Below, in pieces: positions 25,090 to 32,432 of a stretch of 32,432 bases of DNA (position 1 is its first letter; every line of letters starts with the position of its first letter). The translations under genes and the position numbers were made by a program. Source of the DNA: a virus (lineage: Duplodnaviria; Heunggongvirae; Uroviricota; Caudoviricetes); the IMG/VR virus record IMGVR_UViG_2541047755_000010; one strand, given 5' to 3'. The notes below the pieces were generated by a model that worked only from the letters and a program-made list of their open reading frames with translations, made no database searches and was not told the origin of the DNA.

Positions 25090-26277
25090 ATGAGTGATTA
25101 TCATCACGGTGTCGAGGTCGTCGAAATTAACGACGGCACCCGCACAATCTCGACGGTATCAACGGCGGTCGTTGGCATGGTCTGCACAGCCAGTGATGCT
25201 GACGCCGGGGCTTTCCCTCTCAATGAGCCGGTGCTGATTACCAACCCACAAAGCGCCATCGCAAAAGCCGGTACTAAAGGTACCCTGGCAAAATCCTTAC
25301 AGCTCATCGCTAACCAGTCAAAACCGGTTGTCGTTGTTGTGCGTGTCGCGGAGGGTACCGGCGACGGCGAAGAGGCACAGGCGCAAACCATTTCTAACAT
25401 CATCGGCACCACGGATGAGAATGGCAAATATACCGGGATGAAAGCGCTGTTAACGGCGAAAGCGGTCACCGGCGTGAAGCCACGTATTCTCGGTGTGCCG
25501 GGGCTCGATACTCAGGAGGTGGCGACCGCGCTTGTCTCCGTGGCTCAGAAGCTGCGCGCTTTCGCCTATGTCAGCGCGTGGGGCTGTAAAACCATTGCTG
25601 ACGTTATCGCCTACCGCGAAAACTTCAGCGCCCGTGAGCTCATGATTATCTGGCCTGACTTCCTCGGGTGGGATACCACGGCCAACGCGACCACAACCAG
25701 TTATGCAACAGCGATCGCGTTGGGACTGCGCGCAAAAATCGACAATGACACAGGCTGGCATAAAACCCTGTCAAACGTCGGCATCAATGGCGTCACCGGT
25801 ATCAGTGCGTCGGTCTTCTGGGATTTGCAGGAATCTGGCACTGATGCCGACCTGCTGAATGAGGCCGGTGTTACGACGCTGATTCGTGCCGATGGTTTCC
25901 GCTTCTGGGGTAACCGTAATTGCTCCGATGACCCGCTGTTTCAGTTTGAGAACTACACCCGCACCGCACAGGTCATAGCCGACACAATAGCCGAGGGGCA
26001 TATGTGGGCGAACGATAAGCCCATCACCGCGACGTTGATTCGCGACATTATCGACGGCATCAACGCGAAATTCCGCGAGCTGAAAACCGGCGGTTACATC
26101 ATCGATGCGACGTGCTGGTTTGACGAAGAGGCCAACAGTAAAGAAACCCTGAAAGCCGGGAAACTGTTTATCGATTATGACTATACGCCGGTGCCGCCAC
26201 TCGAACACCTGACCTTACGCCAGCGCATTACTGATAAATATCTGGCGAATCTTATCTCGTCCGTCAACAGCAAATAA
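25090..26277 (+). CDS. FI: tail sheath protein (P2 gpFI family)
   Basis: 395-aa ORF (P2 FI is 396 aa) followed by the tail tube gene. Confidence 0.9.
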   Translation: MSDYHHGVEVVEINDGTRTISTVSTAVVGMVCTASDADAGAFPLNEPVLITNPQSAIAKAGTKGTLAKSLQLIANQSKPVVVVVRVAEGTGDGEEAQAQTISNIIGTTDENGKYTGMKALLTAKAVTGVKPRILGVPGLDTQEVATALVSVAQKLRAFAYVSAWGCKTIADVIAYRENFSARELMIIWPDFLGWDTTANATTTSYATAIALGLRAKIDNDTGWHKTLSNVGINGVTGISASVFWDLQESGTDADLLNEAGVTTLIRADGFRFWGNRNCSDDPLFQFENYTRTAQVIADTIAEGHMWANDKPITATLIRDIIDGINAKFRELKTGGYIIDATCWFDEEANSKETLKAGKLFIDYDYTPVPPLEHLTLRQRITDKYLANLISSVNSK

Positions 26278-26289
26278 GGAGCCTGACAA

Positions 26290-26808
26290 ATGGCATTACC
26301 GCGCAAGCTCAAACTCATGAACCTGTTTATCGATGGGGTGAGTTATCTCGGCGTCGTGCAGTCCGTCACGCTGCCGAAATTAACCCGCAAGCTCGAGAAC
26401 TATCGCGGCGGCGGGATGAATGGTTCGGCACCGGTCGACCTCGGCCTCGATGACGATGCGCTGTCGGCTGAAATCTCTCTCGGCGGCTTCCCCGATGACG
26501 CTATCTGGTCGTTATACGCTGCCACCGGCGCGGCCTCCGTACCGCTACGTTTTGCCGGGTCTTACCAGCGTGATGACACCGGCGAGACCGTGCCGGTTGA
26601 GGTTGTTCTCCGTGGCCGTCAGAAAGAAATCGACCTCGGTGAAGCCAAACAGGGCGAAGACACCGAGTCGAAAATCGCTCTCGCGTGTACCTATTTCAAG
26701 CTGACGATGAATGGCTCGGAACTGGTGGAAATCGACACCGTGAACCTCATCGAAAAAGTGAACGGCACCGACATGCTCGAGGCGCACCGACAAAATATCG
26801 GCCTGTAA
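26290..26808 (+). CDS. FII: tail tube protein (P2 gpFII family)
   Basis: 172-aa ORF, same length as P2 FII; AAGGAG RBS. Confidence 0.9.
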   Translation: MALPRKLKLMNLFIDGVSYLGVVQSVTLPKLTRKLENYRGGGMNGSAPVDLGLDDDALSAEISLGGFPDDAIWSLYAATGAASVPLRFAGSYQRDDTGETVPVEVVLRGRQKEIDLGEAKQGEDTESKIALACTYFKLTMNGSELVEIDTVNLIEKVNGTDMLEAHRQNIGL

Positions 26809-26870
26809 TTTATGCCCCGGTCAGCATGGCTGGCCGGGCATCCTGAAACCAGAATTTAACGAGAAATATC

Positions 26871-27143
26871 ATGGATAAAACTAACGAAAATATCGTCACT
26901 CTGATTAAACCCATTAAGCGCGGTGAGCAGGTTATTACCGACGTCACCCTGTTAAAACCGTGTGCCGGAACCCTTCGCGGTGTCAGCCTGGCATCTGTCG
27001 CAAACTCTGACGTCGATGCGCTGATTAAAGTGCTGCCGCGCATGACCATGCCGTCGCTGACCGAGCAGGAAGCCGCCGCACTGGAGCTGCCCGACCTGCT
27101 GTCGTTTGCCGGTAAGGTGGTCGGTTTTTTGTCACCGAGTTAG
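26871..27143 (+). CDS. E: tail assembly chaperone (P2 gpE family); an E+E' fusion is predicted by -1 frameshifting up to 27304
   Basis: 90-aa ORF ending just after the slippery run GGTTTTTTG (27123-27131). The -1 frame continues open to 27304 and encodes …TELGGVTFPQKLSVDDLMADIAVIFHWSPSDLYPMSLTELVNWREKALQRSGNTNE, overlapping the start of T. Confidence 0.8.
   Translation: MDKTNENIVTLIKPIKRGEQVITDVTLLKPCAGTLRGVSLASVANSDVDALIKVLPRMTMPSLTEQEAAALELPDLLSFAGKVVGFLSPS
27123..27131 (+). other. programmed -1 ribosomal frameshift slippery site (E to E+E')
   Basis: T6 run (G GTT TTT TG) 4 codons before the E stop, with an open -1 frame of about 58 further codons. Confidence 0.7.
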
Positions 27144-27296
27144 GCGGCGTAACCTTCCCGCAAAAACTCTCGGTCGATGACCTGATGGCTGACATAGCGG
27201 TAATTTTCCACTGGTCGCCATCAGACCTGTATCCCATGAGCCTGACCGAACTCGTCAACTGGCGCGAAAAAGCGCTACAGCGAAGCGGAAACACGA

Positions 27297-29726
27297 ATGA
27301 GTAATAACCTCAAACTCGAAGTGCTGCTGAAAGCTGTCGACCAGGCGACCCGACCCTTTAAAGCGATCCAGACGGCGAGCAAATCGCTGTCTGGCGATAT
27401 CCGCACGACTCAGCAATCCCTGCGTGATTTGAATGGTCAGGCATCGAAAATCGACGGTTTTCGCAAAACCAGCGCACAACTGGCGGTAACCGGACAGGCA
27501 CTGGAAAAGGCAAAACAGGAAGCCGCCGAGCTGGCGGTGCAGTTTAAAAACACGGAACGGCCAACGGCGGCACAGGCCAGAGTGCTGGAATCAGCAAAGC
27601 GTTCGGCTGAAGGGTTACAGGCAAAATATAACAGCCTCACCCAATCGGTGAAGCGGCAACAGACCGAGCTCGGCAAAGCGGGGATTAATACGCGCAATCT
27701 GTCGAATGATGAAAGCCGCCTGAAAAACTCTATCAATGAAACTACCGCACAACTTAACCGCCAGCATGAAGCACTGGCGCGGGTCAGCGCGCAACAGGCA
27801 AAACTCAGCGCAGTACAAAAACGCTATCAGGCAGGAAAGGCACTGGCTGGAAATGCGGCATCGATGGGCGCTGCCGGGATAGGCATGGCAACGACCGGAG
27901 CGCTTGCCGGTGTTGCACTGATGAAGCCCGGTTATGATTTTGCTCAGAAAAACTCTGAGTTACAGGCCGTTCTCGGTGTCGGTAAAGACTCAGCTGATAT
28001 GGTGGCGCTCCGCAAACAGGCGCGCCAGCTCGGTGACAACACCGCCGCGTCGGCTGATGATGCTGCCGGTGCTCAGATTATTATTGCAAAGGCTGGCGGC
28101 GATGCTGCGGCTATTCAGGCCGCTACCCCCGTAACACTCGATATGGCGCTCGCAAACCGTCGAACGATGGAAGAGAACGCCGGGTTATTGATGGGGATGC
28201 GCTCTGCCTTCCAGCTTTCAAACGATAAGGTCGCCCATATCGGTGATGTTCTGTCGATGACGATGAACAAAACCGCCGCCGACTTTGACGGCCTGAGTGA
28301 TGCGCTGACTTATGCCGCGCCGGTGGCGAAAAATGCCGGGGTCAGCATCGAAGAAACAGCCGCAATGGTCGGCGCACTGCATGACGCCAAAATTACGGGA
28401 TCGATGGCGGGTACGGGGAGCCGTGCCGTATTAAGTCGCCTGCAGGCTCCAACGGGCAAAGCGTATGACGCCATTAAAGAGCTCGGCGTCAAAACGGCTG
28501 ATGGTAAGGGGAACACACGTCCAATATTTACCATCCTGAAAGAAATGCAGCGGAGTTTTGATAAAAACAACCTCGGCACCGGCCAGCGTGCCGAATATAT
28601 GAAAACCATTTTCGGTGAAGAGGCCAGCTCGTCGGCTGCGGTACTCATGACCGCTGCCTCGAGCGGGAAATTAGACCAGCTTACCGCTTCCCTTAAAGCA
28701 TCGGATGGCAAAACCGCTGAGCTGGTGAAGGTCATGCAGGATAACCTCGGCGGCGATTTTAAAGAGTTTCAGTCTGCGTATGAAGCGGTAGGAACCGACC
28801 TGTTTGACCAGCAAGAGTCATCATTAAGAAAGCTGGTACAAACGACGACAGGGTATGTATTGAGGCTCGATAGCTGGATCCAAAAGAACAAATCTCTTGC
28901 CACCACGCTGGGTGTCATTACGGCGGCAGCTGTCGGTATTGTGGGGATGATTGGTGCCATTGGCCTTGTATCGTGGCCGGTAATTACTGGCATTAACGCC
29001 ATCATTTCGGCGGCTGGTGCGCTTGGTGCGGTCTTTACGACAATCAGTGGCGGGGTCATTGCGGCTATTGGTGCTATTACGTGGCCTGTCGTGGCGGTAG
29101 CGGCGGCTGTTGTCGCTGGCGCGCTGCTTATCCGTAAATACTGGGAGCCTGTCAGCGCATTCTTTGCCGGTGTGGTCGAGGGGCTCATGAGTGCCTTTGC
29201 GCCGGTCGGGGAAATGTTCGCCCCGCTGGCACCCATTTTCGACGGTCTCGGCGAAAAACTTCGCGGCGTCTGGCAGTGGTTTAAAGACCTGATAGCGCCG
29301 GTGAAAGCGACTCAGGACACGCTCAACAGTTGTCGTGATGTTGGGGTTATGTTCGGTCAGACGCTGGCCGATGCGCTGCTGATGCCGCTTAACGCCTTTA
29401 ACAAGCTGCGAAGCGGGATTGACTGGGTGCTCGAAAAACTCGGCATTATCAACAAAGAATCCAGCTCACTTGACCAGACAGCGGCGAAAGCCAATGCAGC
29501 GACGCAGAACGGTTACAGCCCGGCAATCAGCGCATACAACAGCTATCAGCCGGTCACGGCACCCGCCGGTAAAACCTACATCGACCAGAGTCGGCCAATC
29601 TATCAAATCACCGTGCCGGGCAATGGTATGCCGGGAGATCGGTTGGGTAATGATTTGCAGGATGCATTAGAAAAGTATGAGCGCGAGAAGCGCGCCAAAG
29701 CCCGCGCAAGCATGATGCATGACTAA
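27297..29726 (+). CDS. T: tail tape measure protein (P2 gpT family)
   Basis: 809-aa ORF with an N-terminal coiled coil and hydrophobic Gly/Ala-rich central segments typical of tape measure proteins; position after E/E'. Confidence 0.9.
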   Translation: MSNNLKLEVLLKAVDQATRPFKAIQTASKSLSGDIRTTQQSLRDLNGQASKIDGFRKTSAQLAVTGQALEKAKQEAAELAVQFKNTERPTAAQARVLESAKRSAEGLQAKYNSLTQSVKRQQTELGKAGINTRNLSNDESRLKNSINETTAQLNRQHEALARVSAQQAKLSAVQKRYQAGKALAGNAASMGAAGIGMATTGALAGVALMKPGYDFAQKNSELQAVLGVGKDSADMVALRKQARQLGDNTAASADDAAGAQIIIAKAGGDAAAIQAATPVTLDMALANRRTMEENAGLLMGMRSAFQLSNDKVAHIGDVLSMTMNKTAADFDGLSDALTYAAPVAKNAGVSIEETAAMVGALHDAKITGSMAGTGSRAVLSRLQAPTGKAYDAIKELGVKTADGKGNTRPIFTILKEMQRSFDKNNLGTGQRAEYMKTIFGEEASSSAAVLMTAASSGKLDQLTASLKASDGKTAELVKVMQDNLGGDFKEFQSAYEAVGTDLFDQQESSLRKLVQTTTGYVLRLDSWIQKNKSLATTLGVITAAAVGIVGMIGAIGLVSWPVITGINAIISAAGALGAVFTTISGGVIAAIGAITWPVVAVAAAVVAGALLIRKYWEPVSAFFAGVVEGLMSAFAPVGEMFAPLAPIFDGLGEKLRGVWQWFKDLIAPVKATQDTLNSCRDVGVMFGQTLADALLMPLNAFNKLRSGIDWVLEKLGIINKESSSLDQTAAKANAATQNGYSPAISAYNSYQPVTAPAGKTYIDQSRPIYQITVPGNGMPGDRLGNDLQDALEKYEREKRAKARASMMHD

Positions 29727-29737
29727 GGAGACTGATT

Positions 29738-30202
29738 ATGATGCTGGCATTAGGTATGTTTGTTTTTATGCGTCAGACGCTGCCCTACCAGAGCATGCAG
29801 CGCAGCGCGGATTATAGCTGGGCGTCAAACTCTCGCATCGGGAAGCGTGACGCTTTTCAGTATCTCGGCGAGGGGGAAGATAAAATCACCCTGAGCGGTG
29901 ACCTGTATCCTGAGCTGACCGGCGGTAAGCTCACGATGCTGGCGCTTTATGCAATGGCTGAACAGGGGCGCGCATGGCCGCTTATCTCTGGCTCAGGCTG
30001 GATTTACGGGATGTTTGTTGTCAGTAATGTCTCGGAGACCGGCACGGTATTTTTTGAGGATGGGACGCCACGAAAAATCAGCTTCACCCTGTCACTGACC
30101 CGTGTCGATGAGTCGCTCGCCGCGGTGTATGGCGATATTGGAAAACAGGCCGAAAGTCTGGTCGGGAAAGCTGGCGATCTGCTGTCGATGGTGGGGGCGT
30201 AA
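29738..30202 (+). CDS. U: tail protein (P2 gpU family)
   Basis: 154-aa ORF with an AAGGAG RBS between T and D. Confidence 0.85.
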   Translation: MMLALGMFVFMRQTLPYQSMQRSADYSWASNSRIGKRDAFQYLGEGEDKITLSGDLYPELTGGKLTMLALYAMAEQGRAWPLISGSGWIYGMFVVSNVSETGTVFFEDGTPRKISFTLSLTRVDESLAAVYGDIGKQAESLVGKAGDLLSMVGA

Positions 30203-30204
30203 TC

Positions 30205-31377
30205 ATGCTGGATATTATCACCGGCGCGGGTGCCACGCTGACGCCCGACTTTATGCTGACACTGGAAAGCAAAGATATCACCGGCAATATCAGTGACCGG
30301 CTGATTAACCTCTCGATGACGGACAATCGGGGTTTTGAGGCCGACCAGCTCGACATCGAGCTCGACGATACTGACGGTCTGGTCGCATTGCCGATTCGCG
30401 GTGCGGTGCTGTCGCTGTATCTCGGGTGGAAAGGTTTCTCTCTGGTCAGCAAGGGGCGATTTACCGTCGATGAGGTAGAGCACCGGGGGGCGCCGGATAC
30501 GGTAACCATTCGCGCCCGGGGTGCGGATTTTCGCGGGACGCTTAATTCCCGTCGTGAGGAGTCATGGCATGACACCACGCTCGGCGCAATCGTCAGCTCG
30601 ATAGCTGAGCGGAACAAGTTAACGGCCAGCGTCACTGATTCTCTTGCGGGGATCCAGATTCCGCATATCGACCAGTCTCAGGAATCCGACGCCGTTTTCC
30701 TGACTCGCCTCGCAGAACGCAACGGCGGTGCGGTCTCAGTGAAAGCGGGTAGATTGCTGATGCTCAAAGCGGGAAGCGGTACCACTGCCAGTGGAAAAGC
30801 TATTCCTCAAATTACCATCCAGCGCGGTGACGGTGACCGGCATCAGTTTGCCATTGCCGACCGTGGCGCTTACACCGGCGTAACCGCTAAGTGGCTGCAC
30901 ACTAAAGACCCGAAACCGGCGAAACAAAAGCAGACAGTGAAGCTGAAACGTAAGCCCAAAGAGCAACACCTCCGGGCGCTACAGCACCCGAAAGCAAAAC
31001 CAGTGAGCAGTAAAGTCACGGCCAAAAAGCAAAAAGAGCAGGAAGCCCGCGAGGGTGAATACATGGCCGGTGAGGCTGACAACGTTTTCGCGCTGACGAC
31101 CATTTACGCGACAAAGGCGCAAGCGATGCGTGCAGCTCAGGCGAAGTGGGATAAATTGCAGCGTGGGGTTGCGGAGTTCTCCATTATGTTAGCGACCGGC
31201 CGCGAGGATATTTACCCCGAAACGCCGGTCAGGGTCTCAGGCTTTAAGAGCGTTATAGACGAGCAAGCATGGATAATCAGCAGGGTGACCCATAATCTCG
31301 GTGGGAATGGCTTCACAACGGCTGTAGAGCTTGAGGTGATGCTTTCGGATGTAGAATATGACACCGACGAATCTTGA
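30205..31377 (+). CDS. D: late control gene D protein / tail protein (P2 gpD family)
   Basis: 390-aa ORF (P2 D is 387 aa) preceding ogr. Confidence 0.88.
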   Translation: MLDIITGAGATLTPDFMLTLESKDITGNISDRLINLSMTDNRGFEADQLDIELDDTDGLVALPIRGAVLSLYLGWKGFSLVSKGRFTVDEVEHRGAPDTVTIRARGADFRGTLNSRREESWHDTTLGAIVSSIAERNKLTASVTDSLAGIQIPHIDQSQESDAVFLTRLAERNGGAVSVKAGRLLMLKAGSGTTASGKAIPQITIQRGDGDRHQFAIADRGAYTGVTAKWLHTKDPKPAKQKQTVKLKRKPKEQHLRALQHPKAKPVSSKVTAKKQKEQEAREGEYMAGEADNVFALTTIYATKAQAMRAAQAKWDKLQRGVAEFSIMLATGREDIYPETPVRVSGFKSVIDEQAWIISRVTHNLGGNGFTTAVELEVMLSDVEYDTDES

Positions 31378-31453
31378 TTATACAAACAAAACTTGCAAAT
31401 GTAAGATTCAAGTTTATTATCCCCCTCAAGTCAGCAAGGAGAGGGAAGAAATT

Positions 31454-31672
31454 ATGATGCACTGTCCGCTATGTCAGGATGCAGCACACGCACGATCAAG
31501 CCGGTACCTGAGCACTGAAACGAAAGAGCGCTACCACCAGTGCCAGAACATCAACTGCGGTTGCACTTTCGTCACCCACGAGAGCCTTGCTCGTTTTATC
31601 GTGAAGCCAGGAGAAATTGAACCCGCCCCACCCCACCCGTCTAAATACCAACAACATCAGCTCTGGCTTTAA
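31454..31672 (+). CDS. ogr: zinc-finger late gene transcriptional activator (Ogr / 186 B family)
   Basis: 72 aa from the ATG at 31454 (AAGGAGAGGG RBS); MMHCPLCQDAAHARSSRYLSTETKERYHQCQNINCGCTF carries the CxxC…C…C zinc-binding pattern of P2 Ogr. The ORF track start at 31358 is not supported by an RBS. Confidence 0.9.
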   Translation: MMHCPLCQDAAHARSSRYLSTETKERYHQCQNINCGCTFVTHESLARFIVKPGEIEPAPPHPSKYQQHQLWL

Positions 31673-31677
31673 ATCAA

Positions 31678-31706
31678 AGGCCTGCTTTGCAGGCCTTCTT
31701 GTATCA
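31678..31706. terminator. bidirectional rho-independent terminator between ogr and the convergent AT-rich gene
   Basis: aaggcctgc-ttt-gcaggcctt perfect stem-loop flanked by A/T-rich runs on both sides. Confidence 0.7.
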
Positions 31707-31709
31707 AAC

Positions 31710-32432
31710 TTAGATTGGTAATGAAAAAGCTATCGCCTTGCAGATATGTTGCTTTGTTAACGCAGGATGTGTTGAAGCAAAAAGCGATAAAAAGCTTTTA
31801 GCTTCAACCGAATCATCATTAAGCGAAATATTATCTTTGATGAATGGATGAAGTGCGATTCCAGCGCTCATAGATAACGGCACATAGTTGATGAATATAT
31901 CTTCTTTTGTGAGACCTAGCTGGTTTGCTTGTGCTTCAAATGAATTAGCATCTAAATAATCACGTATACGTTCTTTGGCCTCTGGTCGGAGTCTCGATTC
32001 TTGACGCGGCAGAGAAAGCATCTTATCAATATCTCCCCATGAGATAGGAACCTCAAAATAGCCACCACCTTCTTCCTCTGGAGGTGCCGGGAAATTCACA
32101 TAAAAATAGTTTTTTTGCTGTGTAGGGTCGTTCATGGACTGACGATGATAGTTATAAATACTTCTAATACGGTTGGCCTTGTTATGATGCCGAGCATTTC
32201 GAATAACAAGCATCATTAATAATTCAGGTTTCAAATACCAGTCAGGCTCTAATCCATTGCTTTGCATGTTGTCATACAAATTATGAAAAGCATTAAGTTG
32301 TGTATTCAGGCCCGATTCTAAATTGCCAATTGCTTCAGCACGATCAATAGCCAACAAACGCTGTAGTGACCAGTTAGACTCTAATAAAACCCGAAAGGCC
32401 TGTGCAAGATCTTCAAAAGAGTGGGAAAGCAT
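31710..32432 (-). CDS. hypothetical protein (at least 240 aa; the N-terminus may lie beyond the window edge), AT-rich
   Basis: Long minus-strand ORF convergent with ogr and running to the window edge; AT-rich compared with the phage backbone; no recognisable motif by eye. Confidence 0.55.
   Translation of the reverse strand: MLSHSFEDLAQAFRVLLESNWSLQRLLAIDRAEAIGNLESGLNTQLNAFHNLYDNMQSNGLEPDWYLKPELLMMLVIRNARHHNKANRIRSIYNYHRQSMNDPTQQKNYFYVNFPAPPEEEGGGYFEVPISWGDIDKMLSLPRQESRLRPEAKERIRDYLDANSFEAQANQLGLTKEDIFINYVPLSMSAGIALHPFIKDNISLNDDSVEAKSFLSLFASTHPALTKQHICKAIAFSLPI

Larger units (their letters stand above)
203..31706. mobile_element. P2/186-like temperate phage genome (probable prophage); boundaries/att sites not determined
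   Basis: Collinear gene order int-cI-apl-cII-A-...-Q-P-O-N-M-L-X-holin-endolysin-spanins-R-S-V-W-J-I-H-FI-FII-E-T-U-D-ogr with recognisable P2/186 protein motifs. Ends are approximate; the flanking AT-rich genes may be cargo or host. Confidence 0.85.

Noticed and set aside
1-32432. CRISPR arrays, tRNA or rRNA genes, and insertion sequences
   Set aside because: No regularly spaced short direct repeats, no tRNA-like cloverleaf signature and no transposase-like ORF with terminal inverted repeats were found; the only recombinases are the phage integrase and the invertase.

Overview
The window is almost entirely one P2/186-family (Peduovirus-like) temperate phage genome, most likely a prophage with a high-GC enterobacterial-type backbone. 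Gene order is collinear with P2/186: a 186-type lysogeny switch (int, cI, apl, cII), early genes, rolling-circle initiator A, a LexA-box-controlled tum-like gene, a candidate cos site, portal/terminase/capsid genes, a lysis cassette, tail and baseplate genes, sheath/tube/tape measure, and ogr. Several AT-rich accessory islands interrupt this backbone and are the main points of interest: (1) a translationally coupled two-gene cassette (327-aa soluble protein plus 228-aa four-helix membrane protein) between cos and the portal gene, a candidate uncharacterised anti-phage/abortive-infection module; (2) a 447-aa protein with an apparent DUF4062/TIR-like N-terminal domain inserted between S and V; (3) a Gin/Pin-type DNA invertase with inverted crossover sites that split a truncated tail-fibre gene H, where the invertible segment has no intact receptor-binding ORF and no gpG; (4) a multi-pass membrane protein gene overlapping the 3' end of int; (5) an AT-rich gene convergent with ogr at the right edge. 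All calls are from reading the sequence and the ORF track and from recalled family knowledge; no database search was run, and att sites and exact prophage ends were not resolved.
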